From NCBI GenBank assembly GCA_963806225.1, contig CAWDXG010000004.1:2080001-2144000 (forward strand): DNA of 64,000 nucleotides. Reading direction: 5' to 3'. Made by a program: the position numbers and the translations under genes. The notes under the pieces were generated by a model. It was not told the DNA's origin. It was given only the letters and a program-made list of their open reading frames with translations, and searched no databases. Each line of letters opens with the position of its first letter. Position 1 is the stretch's first letter. The stretch is from an uncultured delta proteobacterium (GTDB lineage Bacteria; Myxococcota_A; Polyangia; Polyangiales; Polyangiaceae). Positions 19,344 through 29,973 of this stretch are shown in pieces.

Positions 19344-20450
19344 CTACTGCTCCGGCAGCGCCGCAAGCGTCGCCAGCTGCTCGTCGTATTCCGCCGCGAC
19401 CTCGAAACCGAGGCTCTCGTAGCAGCGGATGGCCGCGGAGTTGTCGGCTTTCACGTTGAGCCCGATGTGATCGGTGGTGTCGGCGAGATGCCGGCAGAGC
19501 CGCGCCGTGACGGCACGTGCATGGCCGCAGCCGCGCTGGTCGGGATGCGTGGTGATGTTGCCGAGGGCGGCGACGCGCTGGCGCGGCGAGTACACGTGCA
19601 CGCCGGCGACGCACACGAGCTTTCCGTCGACGCGGCGGCCGAAGTAGCAGCCCGTGTCGAGCAGCTGCGGCTCGAACCAGTGGCCCGGATAGCTCGCTTC
19701 GTAGAACGCGAGCACCTCGTCGCGGTCGTCGGGGCCGAGCCGGGCGGCGTCCTGGGCAGCAGCATCGGCGATACGTGAAGGATCGCAGAGCGCCATCTTC
19801 AGGTGGCGGCCGTGCGGCTCGAGGCGGTGTGTCTTCTCGAACGCAGCTTCCGCGCCGGGCGTGAAGTGGCCGTAGAAGCGCGGCGGGAGGAGTGGTGCGA
19901 CTTCCGCGAGCAATTGGCAGAGCGGAGCGATGTCCGCGCCGAGCGCGAGCAGGCAGGGCAGCTCGAGCCCGGTGTACAGCAGGGCGAGCGCTTCGACTTC
20001 ACCGCCCTGCTGGCGTGCATGCCAGGTGGTGTGCGGCCAGAACGCGTCGTCGAGATCGCCGAGCTGGTAGATGTTCAGCCACACGTCGTGGCGCAGGAAC
20101 GCCTCGACCCGGGCGCGGTCGTGGAGCAGGACGCGGCGCGCGGCGGGCGTATCCGATCGGCGGGTGCCGTCGCCAAGCCACGCCAGCGCCAACGCGACCA
20201 GGTGCTTGCAGTACGCGCCGTCCTCCTGACAGTAGGGGCACTCGCAGTGGTAGGCCAGGCTGTCGCCCTTCACCCAGATGCGACACGGGTAGCTCGCCGT
20301 TCCGTCCACCACGCCGCGGAGCTCGCCGCGCGTGCGTTCGAGCGACCTCACGCGCCCCTCGGCGAAGTAGCGCTCCCCGCGCGCGAAAATGGGCGAGCCG
20401 GCAAGCGCCTCGACGGCGCCCCGGTGCAGGATGTTGGCGAAGATGTCCAT
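19344..20450 (-). CDS. SWIM zinc finger fused to a GNAT (FR47-like) acetyltransferase
   Basis: CECP...CKH SWIM motif; LGNITTHPDQRGCGHA acetyl-CoA motif A; NVKADNSAAIRCYESLGF. Confidence 0.85.
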   Translation of the reverse strand: MDIFANILHRGAVEALAGSPIFARGERYFAEGRVRSLERTRGELRGVVDGTASYPCRIWVKGDSLAYHCECPYCQEDGAYCKHLVALALAWLGDGTRRSDTPAARRVLLHDRARVEAFLRHDVWLNIYQLGDLDDAFWPHTTWHARQQGGEVEALALLYTGLELPCLLALGADIAPLCQLLAEVAPLLPPRFYGHFTPGAEAAFEKTHRLEPHGRHLKMALCDPSRIADAAAQDAARLGPDDRDEVLAFYEASYPGHWFEPQLLDTGCYFGRRVDGKLVCVAGVHVYSPRQRVAALGNITTHPDQRGCGHARAVTARLCRHLADTTDHIGLNVKADNSAAIRCYESLGFEVAAEYDEQLATLAALPEQ

Positions 20451-20614
20451 CGCTCGACAGCGACGCAGACTAGCATCGGGCGCGGTACGCCGCTCTATCT
20501 CCTATGGACAGGACTTGCCGGTGCCGTCTTCGAACAGGACGTTCCGCACGGAAGCGTTCGGCTCATCGGTGCCGCTTCCGTCAGTGCAGTCGAGCCCCCT
20601 GCTCGGCGAGCAGG

Positions 20615-20815
20615 CTAGCCGAGCTGCAGCACTTCCGGCACTTCGCGCCGTAGCGCCCGGCCGGTGGGAGGCGGCGCGATGAACGGTCTGAAAAGCAGGA
20701 TCTCGGCTTCTTCCCCCGTCAGGCCGAAGAGCTCCAGGTACTCCGCGCGCAGCCCGCGCAGCAGGTTGGCATCTTCGTCGCTCAGCCCCTCGGCGCCCCC
20801 GCGCTCGACACGCAA
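20615..20815 (-). pseudogene. Short ORF or gene remnant (66 aa)
   Basis: Strong coding-like GC3 over EDANLLRGLRAEYLELFGL; only a TTG start, with an in-frame stop directly upstream. Confidence 0.35.
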
Positions 20816-20822
20816 TCATAGA

Positions 20823-20848
20823 CAAGCAACTTGCACAAGTAGCTTGTG
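20823..20848. promoter_or_regulatory. Tandem palindromic operator, likely the MarR autoregulatory site
   Basis: CAAG-CAA-CTTG (20823-20833) and CACAAG-TAG-CTTGTG (20834-20848), overlapping a TTGCAC -35-like hexamer just upstream of the marR ATG. Confidence 0.7.
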
Positions 20849-20865
20849 TGTCTTACTTCTGCGGC

Positions 20866-21315
20866 ATGAAGGCTCAGGGCCCCGACACGACTGCCGTGCG
20901 GCTGGCGGTAGCGATCAAGCAGCTGAGGACGCGTGTTCGGGAGGCCGCGGTGGGACCCGCCGCGGGCCTGACCGTCTCACAACTTGCCATCATCAAGCGG
21001 CTGCGCGACGGCGGCCCGGCGACGGCCGCGTCACTCGCCCAAGCCGAGCACGTGAGCCAGCAGGCCATTGCCCAGCAGGTCGCCTCGCTCAAGCGCGCCG
21101 GCATGGTGCGAACGGCGCCTGACCCCGACGACCGCCGCAAGACCTTGATCCGCTTGAGCGCCAAGGCCCACAAGGCCTTCGAAGCAGCTCTCGCGGCGCG
21201 GGACGCCTGGCTCGCGCAGGCCATCGACGCGACCGTTTCTCCGCGGGAGCGCCGCGCGCTGGACAAGACGGTCGAACTGCTCGAGCGGCTCGCCTCCTTC
21301 CCCGGTAGCAGATAG
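20866..21315 (+). CDS. MarR-family transcriptional regulator
   Basis: GLTVSQLAII, LAQAEHVSQQAI, GMVRTAPDPDDRRKTLI. Confidence 0.92.
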   Translation: MKAQGPDTTAVRLAVAIKQLRTRVREAAVGPAAGLTVSQLAIIKRLRDGGPATAASLAQAEHVSQQAIAQQVASLKRAGMVRTAPDPDDRRKTLIRLSAKAHKAFEAALAARDAWLAQAIDATVSPRERRALDKTVELLERLASFPGSR

Positions 21316-21321
21316 GAGCCC

Positions 21322-22593
21322 GTGGACGACTCTTCCGCCATCCGCCGCGCGCTGGGGCGCACGTTCCACTCGCTCGGGTCGCGGAACTTCAAGCTGTTCT
21401 TCTTCGGGCAGCTCATCTCCAACACCGGCAACTGGCTGACCAACGTTGCGCTGGTGTTGCTCGTGCTCGCCATCACGAAGAGCGGCATCGCCGTCGGCGT
21501 GCTGTCCGCCTGCCAGTTCGGACCGATGCTGTTTCTGGGGGCATGGGCCGGAGCGGTCGCCGATCGGTCCGACAAGCGGCGCATGCTTCTGCTCACGCAG
21601 AGCCTCGAGATGATGCAGTCCATCGCGCTCGCCACCCTCGCCTTCATGCCGCATCCGCCGCTCGCCGCGGTATACGCGCTGGCACTCGGCGGCGGCGTGC
21701 TGCTGGCCTTCGACAACCCGCTGCGCCGCTCGTTCGTGACGGAAATGGTGCCCCGCGAGGACATCCCGAACGCGGTCGTGCTCTACAGCACCATCGTCAA
21801 CCTGTCGCGTGTCTTCGGGCCGGCGCTGGCGGGCCTGCTGACGGTGAGCCTCGGCTTCGGCTGGTGCTTCGCGCTCGACGCCGCGTCGTACCTGGCCGTG
21901 CTCGCTTGTGTCGTCGCGATGCGCCCGGACGAGCTCTACCGCCAGCCACCCCAGCGCCACAGGGGCGGCGAGGTGCGCGAGGGGCTCAGGTACGTCCGAT
22001 CACTGCCGTTCCTCTACATCAGCTTCGCCATGCTCGGCGTGGTCGGCCTGTTCTCGTTCAACTTCCGCGTCAGTCTGCCGCTGTTCGTGACGTACTCGCT
22101 GCACAGCACGGACGTGGTGTTCACGTTGCTCTACTCCGTCTTCAGCGTCGGCGCCGTCACCAGCGCGATGATCGTGGCGCACCGCGGGCTGGTAGAGCTC
22201 CGGCACGTCGTTCTGGGCGCGGCAGCGCTGGGCTTCGGCATGCTGCTGCTTTCCGTCATGCCCACGGTCACTACCGCGCTGCCCGCCGTGTTCCTCGTCG
22301 GCATGGCGAGCATCATCTACATGACCGCTACGACCGCACAGGCGCAGGTCCACACCCGCCACGACATGCACGGCCGCGTACTCGCTCTGCAGACCGTGCT
22401 CATCGGTGGCACCGCGCTCGTCGGCGGCCCGCTGCTCGGCTGGCTCGCCGACACCTTCGGCGGCCGCGCCCCGCTGGCGCTGGGCGGCCTCGTCTGTCTA
22501 CTCGCTGCCGTGGGCGGGCATGTGGCGCGTTGGCGATCGGGTGCGCCGGCCGCCGAAAACCGGGGCGCGCCGGAGTCGCCCACCGGCTCCTGA
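21322..22593 (+). CDS. MFS transporter (MFS_3/DHA3-like)
   Basis: RNFKLFFFGQLISNTGNW, GAVADRSDKRR, FDNPLRRSFV; about 12 TM; 6 bp after marR. Confidence 0.92.
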   Translation: MDDSSAIRRALGRTFHSLGSRNFKLFFFGQLISNTGNWLTNVALVLLVLAITKSGIAVGVLSACQFGPMLFLGAWAGAVADRSDKRRMLLLTQSLEMMQSIALATLAFMPHPPLAAVYALALGGGVLLAFDNPLRRSFVTEMVPREDIPNAVVLYSTIVNLSRVFGPALAGLLTVSLGFGWCFALDAASYLAVLACVVAMRPDELYRQPPQRHRGGEVREGLRYVRSLPFLYISFAMLGVVGLFSFNFRVSLPLFVTYSLHSTDVVFTLLYSVFSVGAVTSAMIVAHRGLVELRHVVLGAAALGFGMLLLSVMPTVTTALPAVFLVGMASIIYMTATTAQAQVHTRHDMHGRVLALQTVLIGGTALVGGPLLGWLADTFGGRAPLALGGLVCLLAAVGGHVARWRSGAPAAENRGAPESPTGS

Positions 22594-22740
22594 CGGCGGG
22601 AGCACGTTCGGCTCGCTCCATGGCTCCCTGGGGTGGCGACCGCCATGGCGACGCCACCTGACCGCCACCCCCGGCGATGAGCGAAGCCACAGAAATTCCA
22701 CCGTTTCGCCGCCGGCACGCTCGCTGCACTGGCAGGGGGC

Positions 22741-24321
22741 ATGGTCGCCACTGCCAACACCTCCGCCACCATCTGCGGCAAGCCGCTCGGTCTCGCCAGC
22801 GCCGAGGCCAGCACGCTGGTCGGGCTCGAAGCGCACCGCATCCGTGTGGAAGTGTGCTGCACGCGCGGGCCGTCGTTCTTCCAGATGGTGGGGCTGGCGG
22901 AAGCAGCAGTGCGCGAGGCGCGTGTGCGCGTGGCCAGCGCGCTGGCACGCCTGGGCGTGCTGATCGACGAGTACGCCATCACGGTCAACCTCGCGCCGGC
23001 CGATCTCCGCAAGAGCGGTGCGGCGCTGGATCTCGCGCTGGCGCTCGCCACACTCGGCGCCGTCGGAGAGCTGCCGGAGGGCGTGCTGGCGGACACGGTC
23101 GTGCTCGGCGAACTGGCGCTCGACGGCACGCTGCGTCCCATCCGCGGCGTGCTTCCCCAGCTCGAGGGCGCGCGGGCGCGCGGGATCTGCTCGGCGATCA
23201 TTCCCGCGGGCAACAGCGCCGAGGGCGGGCTGGTCGAGGGCATGGACGTGCGCGTCGCTGCGACGCTGGGCGAGGTGTGCGAATATCTCACGGGCAAGGG
23301 CCAGCTGCGAGCGGCGGAGCGCACGCCGTTCGTGCCTGACGAGTCCAGCGCGCTCGGCGATCTGTCGGAAGTGCGCGGGCAGACCACGGCACGCCGCGCG
23401 CTCGAGATCGCCGCGGCGGGCAACCACAACCTGCTCATGATCGGCCCGCCCGGCGGGGGCAAGACGCTGCTCGCGCGGCTCTTGCCGTCGATCCTGCCGC
23501 CTCTGCACTTCGACGAGGCGATCGAGACGACCGCCATCCACAGCGTCGCAGGGCTGGTCGAGCCGGAGAAAGGCGTCGTCAGCGTGCGGCCGTTCCGCGC
23601 GCCGCATCACTCCGTCAGCGAAGCCGGGCTGGTCGGCGGCGGCGACATGCCGCGCCCCGGCGAGGTGAGCCTCGCGCACAACGGCGTCTTGTTCCTCGAC
23701 GAGCTGGCGGAGTTCCGGCGCGGCGCGCTCGAAGCGCTGCGCCAACCGCTGGAGGACGGGCGCGTGTGCATCGCGCGGGCGCGAGCGCGCGCGTGGTTTC
23801 CGGCGCGGCCGTTGGTAATCGGCGCGGTGAACCCGTGTCCGTGCGGCTACCACGGCCACCCGCGCCGCAACTGCCGCTGCTCGCCGCGGCTCCGCCACAG
23901 CTACGAGGCGCGGCTGTCCGGTCCGCTGCTGGATCGGCTGGACGTGCACGTGAGCGTGCCGCCGGTGGAAGTGTCGGCGCTCACCTCCGGTACGCCCGGC
24001 GAGCCGTCGAGCGCAGTGCGCGCGCGCGTCATCGCCGCGCGCGCGGTGCAGCGTGCGCGACGTGAGCGAGGAGAGACGACCACCGTGACCAACTCGACGC
24101 TCTCGGCCGCCGAGCTCGAGCATGTAGCGCGGCTGGATCGCGACGGCGGGCGCTTGATCGAGGCAGCGATTGCTGGCCTCGGCCTCAGCGCCCGCGCTTT
24201 CGTCAAGGTGCTGCGCGTCGCGCGCACCATCGCGGATCTCGAAAACTCGCCGCGCGTGCGCGCACCGCACGTCGCCGAAGCCATCCAGGGGCGGCTGCTC
24301 GACCGGGGCCCCGCCGCATGA
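22741..24321 (+). CDS. comM: YifB/ComM Mg-chelatase-like AAA+ ATPase
   Basis: [74 protein letters not shown]. Confidence 0.95.
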   Translation: MVATANTSATICGKPLGLASAEASTLVGLEAHRIRVEVCCTRGPSFFQMVGLAEAAVREARVRVASALARLGVLIDEYAITVNLAPADLRKSGAALDLALALATLGAVGELPEGVLADTVVLGELALDGTLRPIRGVLPQLEGARARGICSAIIPAGNSAEGGLVEGMDVRVAATLGEVCEYLTGKGQLRAAERTPFVPDESSALGDLSEVRGQTTARRALEIAAAGNHNLLMIGPPGGGKTLLARLLPSILPPLHFDEAIETTAIHSVAGLVEPEKGVVSVRPFRAPHHSVSEAGLVGGGDMPRPGEVSLAHNGVLFLDELAEFRRGALEALRQPLEDGRVCIARARARAWFPARPLVIGAVNPCPCGYHGHPRRNCRCSPRLRHSYEARLSGPLLDRLDVHVSVPPVEVSALTSGTPGEPSSAVRARVIAARAVQRARRERGETTTVTNSTLSAAELEHVARLDRDGGRLIEAAIAGLGLSARAFVKVLRVARTIADLENSPRVRAPHVAEAIQGRLLDRGPAA

Positions 24322-24391
24322 GAGAGCACGGCGCGCGGTGCGCCGGCGTCCAGCGCGTCCCACGTGGGCCGCGACAAGGAGAACAGTGAAC

Positions 24392-25411
24392 ATGAGCGAC
24401 GAAAAGAACAGAGCAGTGAACACCGTCGTGGGCCAGATCGAGAAGGCCCACGGCAAGGGATCCATCATGCGCCTCGCCGAGGACGAGGCGCCCGAGGCCG
24501 TCGCGGTCATCCCGACCGGCTCGCTCGCCATCGACGAGGCGCTCGGCATCGGCGGCTACCCACGCGGGCGCATCGTCGAGATCTACGGTCCCGAGTCGAG
24601 CGGCAAGACCACGCTCACGCTGCACGCCATCGCCCAGGCGCAGCAGCAGGGCGGCGTGGCGGCGTTCATCGACGCCGAGCACGCCTTCGACCTGCGCTAT
24701 GCGAAGTCCATCGGCGTCGATCTGTCACGGGTGCTCGTCTCGCAGCCCGACAACGGCGAGCAGGCGCTGGACATCGCCGAGATGCTCACGCGCTCGGGAG
24801 CGGTCGACCTCGTGGTCATCGACTCGGTCGCGGCACTGGTGCCGCGCGCCGAGATCGACGGCGACATGGGCGACTCGCACATGGGCCTGCACGCACGGCT
24901 GATGAGCCAGGCACTCAGGAAGCTCAACGGCGTCGTCTCGCGCACGGGCACCACGCTCATCTTCATCAACCAGCTGCGGCAGAAGATCGGCGTCGTGTTC
25001 GGCAACCCCGAGACGACCACCGGCGGCAACGCGCTGCGCTTCTACGCCAGCGTGCGGCTCGACATCCGGCGCATCGGCAAGGTGATGCAGGGCGAGAGTC
25101 TGGTCGGCAACCGCACCCGCGTGAAGGTGGTGAAGAACAAGTGCGCGCCGCCGTTTTGCGAGGCGGAGTTCGACATCCGCTGGGGCATGGGCATCGACTG
25201 GGCTTCCGACCTGCTCGAGATGGCGGCCCGCGCGGGCATCGTCGAGAAGAGCGGCTCGCACCTGATGTACGGCGGCAGCAGCATCGGCCAGGGCAAGGAG
25301 AAGGCGCGCGAAGCGGTCATCTCCACGCCCGCGCTGCGGAGCGCGCTGCTCGAAGCGACGCTCGAGGAGCTGCCGTCGAAGGCCTTCGAACTGGAACGGA
25401 ACGCGGCCTAG
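24392..25411 (+). CDS. recA: Recombinase RecA
   Basis: [73 protein letters not shown] upstream. Confidence 0.97.
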   Translation: MSDEKNRAVNTVVGQIEKAHGKGSIMRLAEDEAPEAVAVIPTGSLAIDEALGIGGYPRGRIVEIYGPESSGKTTLTLHAIAQAQQQGGVAAFIDAEHAFDLRYAKSIGVDLSRVLVSQPDNGEQALDIAEMLTRSGAVDLVVIDSVAALVPRAEIDGDMGDSHMGLHARLMSQALRKLNGVVSRTGTTLIFINQLRQKIGVVFGNPETTTGGNALRFYASVRLDIRRIGKVMQGESLVGNRTRVKVVKNKCAPPFCEAEFDIRWGMGIDWASDLLEMAARAGIVEKSGSHLMYGGSSIGQGKEKAREAVISTPALRSALLEATLEELPSKAFELERNAA

Positions 25412-25423
25412 CGCCACCGCACT

Positions 25424-25468
25424 GCCCGCGCGGCACGGCCCATACCTCCGGGGCCGTGTCGCGCGGGC
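25424..25468. terminator. 18-bp stem hairpin between convergent genes (probable bidirectional terminator)
   Basis: GCCCGCGCGGCACGGCCC / GGGCCGTGTCGCGCGGGC with one G-U pair and a 9-nt loop; no U-tract. Confidence 0.65.
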
Positions 25469-25541
25469 GAGGCCAGATTTCCGGACGATTGACCTGCCTG
25501 CACTCATTGCGTTCAACCCGCCGGCGTCCGGGCGCAGCGCG

Positions 25542-27989
25542 TCAGCAATCGCCCGTGGATCCGGAGCCATCGGTGCGCGCCTCCAGCTGGGCTGGGACCC
25601 CGGCGCGTTCCGGCTCTGCGCTCGCTGGCTCCGGTTCGGGATGTGCGGCGGCCGGGGGGGGCTCCGGCGTTGCACCGCCGGGCTCCGCGGCGATCGGCGC
25701 AGACGGCGCGGTCGCCACTACCGCAGCGCCGGATCCGGCGACGACGACCGCGTCCGCCTCCGGCACCACCAGCATCAAGAGCATCGTGGCGAGCGCAAGG
25801 AACAAAAGCGCCGTGGCTAGATCGAAATGCAGGCCAACGTCGTGGACCAGCACGGTGCCGTACTGCGCCGCGCACACGCCGAGCCACAACACCCAGATAC
25901 CGGCGTCACGACGCGAGACCGGGCGGGACAGAGGCCGCTCGCCGCGGGTGGACAGCTCGACCGCCAGAAGCGGGTACAGGAAGATCAGGTGGCTGTAGTA
26001 GTTCGCCGGGTTGAACAGGACGGGTACGAGCGGTAGCCCGAGCAGCGCTGCCTGGTGGAGCGGACGGCGGTGCGCGGCGACCACGACCAGCGTCGAGAAC
26101 ACCAGGATCCCCGCGATGAAGATCGGCAGGCGCTCGCGGAGCAGGCGTGCTTCGGCCAGGCCCGATCCAGCCACGAGACCGCGCAGGCTGATGTGGTTCA
26201 GGTGCGGGCTGGCGTCCAGCACGCTCACCTTCTGCAACCACGAGACCCAGGCGCCGGGCGAGAACATGATCGACGACAGAGCAAGCATGCCGACCGCGAC
26301 GACCAGCGCGCCGCCCGCCACCTCGACGATGGGGCGCTGCTCGCGCAGGATGTCGCGCCAGCGCGGTAGAGCCCGACGCCGCGAGGTTTCGCGGACAAGC
26401 CACCACAGCGCGGGGATCGCTGCACCGACCAGTGCGAGCAGGGGGAAGGCCCGCATCATCGCGGACATGCCGATCAGACCGCCAGCGAGCTTGAAGCGCT
26501 GCGTCTTCAGAGCGCAGGCGCCAAGCGCCAGATACGCCATCCAGTCGGCTCTCAGGGTCGAGCCGAACCAGTCGGTCCCGAACATGTAGAAGTCGTTCGC
26601 GCCGAACACGATCAGGGCGACCAGCATCGTGCGCACGCCGAACGTCCGCCAGATGGCGATGAACGCGATCAGCATGAGCAGCGGGTCGAGCAGCGCCGTC
26701 GCCAGTAGCGTGCCGTTCGAAGCGTGCGTCCGGGCAAATACCAGGTGGGCAATTGCGAACCACGCGGGCGTGGCGTTGCCGCCATGATCAGCCATGCTGC
26801 CCAGGTAGTCGTGGGTGCCCATGTTCAGGCGGAAGTAGCGCATGTCCGCCACGAACTCGTGCCAACGGGCGGGCGAGAAGCGCGTCTTGATGGTCTTGAT
26901 GCGCGGCGCCACGTCGGAGACGTGCACCATGGAGTGCGAGCGCAGATCACGCAGCGCGACGTTGTGGAGCGACTCGACGCTGACATGCGGGTCGTCGTCG
27001 ATGTAGGCAGCTACGCTGGCGTCGTACAGCCCGTCGAAAGAGAGCTCGTTGAAGTACTTGGCGACCGGGTAGTAGACCCGCATGTCGTAGTTGTGGACGT
27101 AGCCGGGCGCGTTGTGCTCGTGGTCGACGTACTGGGCGGTGCCGAGGTTGGCGAAGCACGCCGCGGCGAGCACACCGCACACCGCCAGCGTGCCGATCAC
27201 GACGCGGCGGTTCGCCTTCCACGAGGCCGGCGCGAACGCCTCGCGCACGACAGCCACGCCCGCCACCGCAGCGACCACCCCGCGCACCAGCGACACCTCG
27301 CGCGGAGCCAGCGGCCATGCCGCGTCGAGCGCGAAGAGCCAGCGCACGCCGGCATAGATCGGCATCGCCGCTGCGAGCGTTGAAAGCCACCACTGCGTTC
27401 CTTCCGCCGCAATAAGCAGGAACAGCACCAGCGCGAGTCCGAACACGAGCGTGGCGCTGCGCAGGAGCTCCGGCGCCGGTGCCGCGTTCCGCACGCTGAA
27501 ACGCGGCGGGAACACGGCCGGCGCGTGCGCGTAGACCGCGAGCTCCGTGGCACTGTAGCGTCCGTCGCCTCCGCTGGCCTCGAGCCGCAGATAGCGCCCC
27601 GCGCCGTGGAGGTTTGCTGCCCAGCGCGGCTGCAGCCCGGCCTCCCCGACCGGCCGGGCGCGCCACAGCGTCTTGAAGTGTGTGCCGTCGTCGGAAACGC
27701 TCAGCGTGTAGAAGTCGTTCGCGTCCGCCTGCACGTAGGCCGCGCCCAGGGGAACGTGCCGACCGAGGTCGTACTCGACGTAGGCGCGCGATGACCTGAG
27801 CAGCATGGCCGCGCTCGAGCTCCAGTCGTCGCCGCGCGTGTTCACGACGCCGTCGGTGAGCTTGGCGGCTCCGTCGACGAGGGAGGAGCCGACCGGCGCG
27901 CGTCCGTGGAGAAGATCGCCGTCCGTCCCCCGGCTCTGCGTCGCGCATCCGCTGGCAAGCAGCAGCACGAGCGCGATAAGCAATCGCAC
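25542..27989 (-). CDS. Polytopic membrane protein: discoidin-like N-terminal domain plus GT-C (GT87/DUF2029-like) glycosyltransferase region
   Basis: LASGC signal; VEYDLG...SVSDDG..F...GRYLRL...TELAVY discoidin-like pattern; many TMs with YYPVAKYF, GGNATPAW and RAFP motifs; start uncertain. Confidence 0.65.
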   Translation of the reverse strand: MRLLIALVLLLASGCATQSRGTDGDLLHGRAPVGSSLVDGAAKLTDGVVNTRGDDWSSSAAMLLRSSRAYVEYDLGRHVPLGAAYVQADANDFYTLSVSDDGTHFKTLWRARPVGEAGLQPRWAANLHGAGRYLRLEASGGDGRYSATELAVYAHAPAVFPPRFSVRNAAPAPELLRSATLVFGLALVLFLLIAAEGTQWWLSTLAAAMPIYAGVRWLFALDAAWPLAPREVSLVRGVVAAVAGVAVVREAFAPASWKANRRVVIGTLAVCGVLAAACFANLGTAQYVDHEHNAPGYVHNYDMRVYYPVAKYFNELSFDGLYDASVAAYIDDDPHVSVESLHNVALRDLRSHSMVHVSDVAPRIKTIKTRFSPARWHEFVADMRYFRLNMGTHDYLGSMADHGGNATPAWFAIAHLVFARTHASNGTLLATALLDPLLMLIAFIAIWRTFGVRTMLVALIVFGANDFYMFGTDWFGSTLRADWMAYLALGACALKTQRFKLAGGLIGMSAMMRAFPLLALVGAAIPALWWLVRETSRRRALPRWRDILREQRPIVEVAGGALVVAVGMLALSSIMFSPGAWVSWLQKVSVLDASPHLNHISLRGLVAGSGLAEARLLRERLPIFIAGILVFSTLVVVAAHRRPLHQAALLGLPLVPVLFNPANYYSHLIFLYPLLAVELSTRGERPLSRPVSRRDAGIWVLWLGVCAAQYGTVLVHDVGLHFDLATALLFLALATMLLMLVVPEADAVVVAGSGAAVVATAPSAPIAAEPGGATPEPPPAAAHPEPEPASAEPERAGVPAQLEARTDGSGSTGDC

Positions 27990-28073
27990 CACTCCGCCAG
28001 TGTTCGCCGCGCTGGCCCCCTCGCACATGACGCGTGTCAGGCACCGGCCGCTAGGCCCGGCGCCGACGGGCGG

Positions 28074-29153
28074 CTATTCGGCCGGCTGCGCCTGGCCCCC
28101 GCGCTTCTTCAGCACACCGGGGAGGCTCAACACGAGGATGGCGGCGAGCACGAGCGTGGCGCCGACCAGATCCACCGGACCGGGCGCATGGTAGGGCAGG
28201 AATGCGGCCAGGCTGAAGCTCGCCACCACGCCCGCAAGGATGCTCGAAGCGCGGTTTACGGGCACACAGAAGCTGTTCTCGCGACGGTCGAGGAGGATCA
28301 GACCGCCGAACACGCCCGTGCCCTGCGAGAACAGACCGATCGCGATCGCCGCCATCAGGTGCCCGCTGCCCGGCAGGGCGGTGAAGCCAAGCCGTACCTC
28401 GTGCATCAGGTGCCCGTCGTTGATCAGCGCGAGCACGATGAGCGTCGTGACCACGACGGGCGTTGCCGTCATCTGCTCCTCGACGAAGTAGCGCTTGGTC
28501 GCGTCGTGATCGTCGGACTTCGCCAGCCGGCTCATGAAGCGGAGGCGCACGAAGTAGCCAAGCAGGTAGAAGACAACGTCCAGACCGGCGATCAGCGTGA
28601 GTGCCAGGCTGCTCTTGCTCCCGCCGAAGAAGGCGACAAGCAGCGCGCCCAGGCTCAAGGCCAGCGCCACCCAGGAGAACCAACGCACCTTGCGGCGCGC
28701 GAAGAAGTCCACGATCGGGGCTATCACCAGCACGCCGCCCTTCATCAGCAGCATCATGAACACGATCGAGACGCCGCTGAACGTGTAGGCCAGCGTCGTC
28801 GTGGCGATGATGGCCGCGGTGCAGATGCCGCTGAGGAACGTCCAGACGTTCGGGCACGGCACGCTCAGCCCGAACAGATCGCGATGACCGGCGAACTTCC
28901 ACCAGCGCATGGCACTGATGAACACGAACATGCCCACGAGCGAGGCCATGGCCGTGACGGGAAGGAGCTCGAAGCCGTTGATGCCGCCGTGCATGCCGGA
29001 GAACAACCCGGCGCTGAGCGCCTTGGTCATCGAGCTGTACGGCACGTAGCAGGCGAAATAACCGAATGCGAACGCCCAGATAGCCAGGTTCCAGGTCTTG
29101 TTTTCGGCAGCCGTCGGTCGACCCTCCACGGCCGTCGCGGGCGACGGCAGCAC
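28074..29153 (-). CDS. Hypothetical multi-pass membrane protein (DMT/EamA-like topology)
   Basis: About 10 hydrophobic helices; high GC3. Confidence 0.7.
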   Translation of the reverse strand: MLPSPATAVEGRPTAAENKTWNLAIWAFAFGYFACYVPYSSMTKALSAGLFSGMHGGINGFELLPVTAMASLVGMFVFISAMRWWKFAGHRDLFGLSVPCPNVWTFLSGICTAAIIATTTLAYTFSGVSIVFMMLLMKGGVLVIAPIVDFFARRKVRWFSWVALALSLGALLVAFFGGSKSSLALTLIAGLDVVFYLLGYFVRLRFMSRLAKSDDHDATKRYFVEEQMTATPVVVTTLIVLALINDGHLMHEVRLGFTALPGSGHLMAAIAIGLFSQGTGVFGGLILLDRRENSFCVPVNRASSILAGVVASFSLAAFLPYHAPGPVDLVGATLVLAAILVLSLPGVLKKRGGQAQPAE

Positions 29154-29277
29154 TAAAAGCCCAGTCTAGCGCCCCCGTCACACAAATGTCACTTTCGCGG
29201 CCGCTGGTGCCGGGCGGCCAGCCAGCCGGAAGCCGAACGTCGCGACCCGCGGGTTGATCGGCCATCTTCGGCTCCGG

Positions 29278-29907
29278 ATGACCGCAAGCCGCCAGCGCCG
29301 ACTCCAACTGCTCGTCGAGCACCAACAGGAGCTGCTCGCCTGCCGGCGTTGTCCCGGGATGATCCCACCGGTCGTCAGCTGCGGCCCGGTGCTAGGCGAC
29401 GTGATGCTGCTCGGGCAAGCGCCCGGAAGCCGCGAGGGGAAGCTTGGACGACCTTTCGCATGGACCGCGGGCAGGACGATGTTCGGCTGGTTCGAGGGGC
29501 TGGGCATCGACGAAGCGCGGTTCCGGAAGCGGGTCTACATGGCTGCCGTGTGTCGCTGCTTTCCCGGGTCGCTGACCGGCGGAGGCGATCGCGTGCCGAA
29601 CCGGCGGGAGATCGAGGCTTGCGAGGAGTGGATGCGCCGGGACTTCGAGCTACTGCGCCCCAAGCTGGTGATCGCCGTCGGCCGCCTCGCCATCAGCCGC
29701 TTCCTGTCGTTCAAACGGCTGACGGAGGTCGTCGGCCGGCAGCACTGCGCGGAGTGCTTCGGCCAACGCTTCGACTTGATTCCTCTACCGCACCCGTCCG
29801 GCGCTTCCACGTGGCACAGAACGGAGCCCGGCCGGACGCTGCTCGGCCGCGCGCTGTCGCAGCTCGGCGAGCACCCCGCGTTCGGTCGCGTCGTACGCCC
29901 ACCCTGA
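29278..29907 (+). CDS. Uracil-DNA glycosylase superfamily protein (family 4/5-like, Fe-S cysteines)
   Basis: CRRC, GQAPG motif A, RPF, CRCFPG...DRVP...C, LPHPSG motif B. Confidence 0.88.
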   Translation: MTASRQRRLQLLVEHQQELLACRRCPGMIPPVVSCGPVLGDVMLLGQAPGSREGKLGRPFAWTAGRTMFGWFEGLGIDEARFRKRVYMAAVCRCFPGSLTGGGDRVPNRREIEACEEWMRRDFELLRPKLVIAVGRLAISRFLSFKRLTEVVGRQHCAECFGQRFDLIPLPHPSGASTWHRTEPGRTLLGRALSQLGEHPAFGRVVRPP

Positions 29908-29973
29908 ACGGGCGTCGGGGCCAAAGCGGCACAAACTTCCATTTTGGCCGCCGATCCCTCAAAGTCCCGCCCC

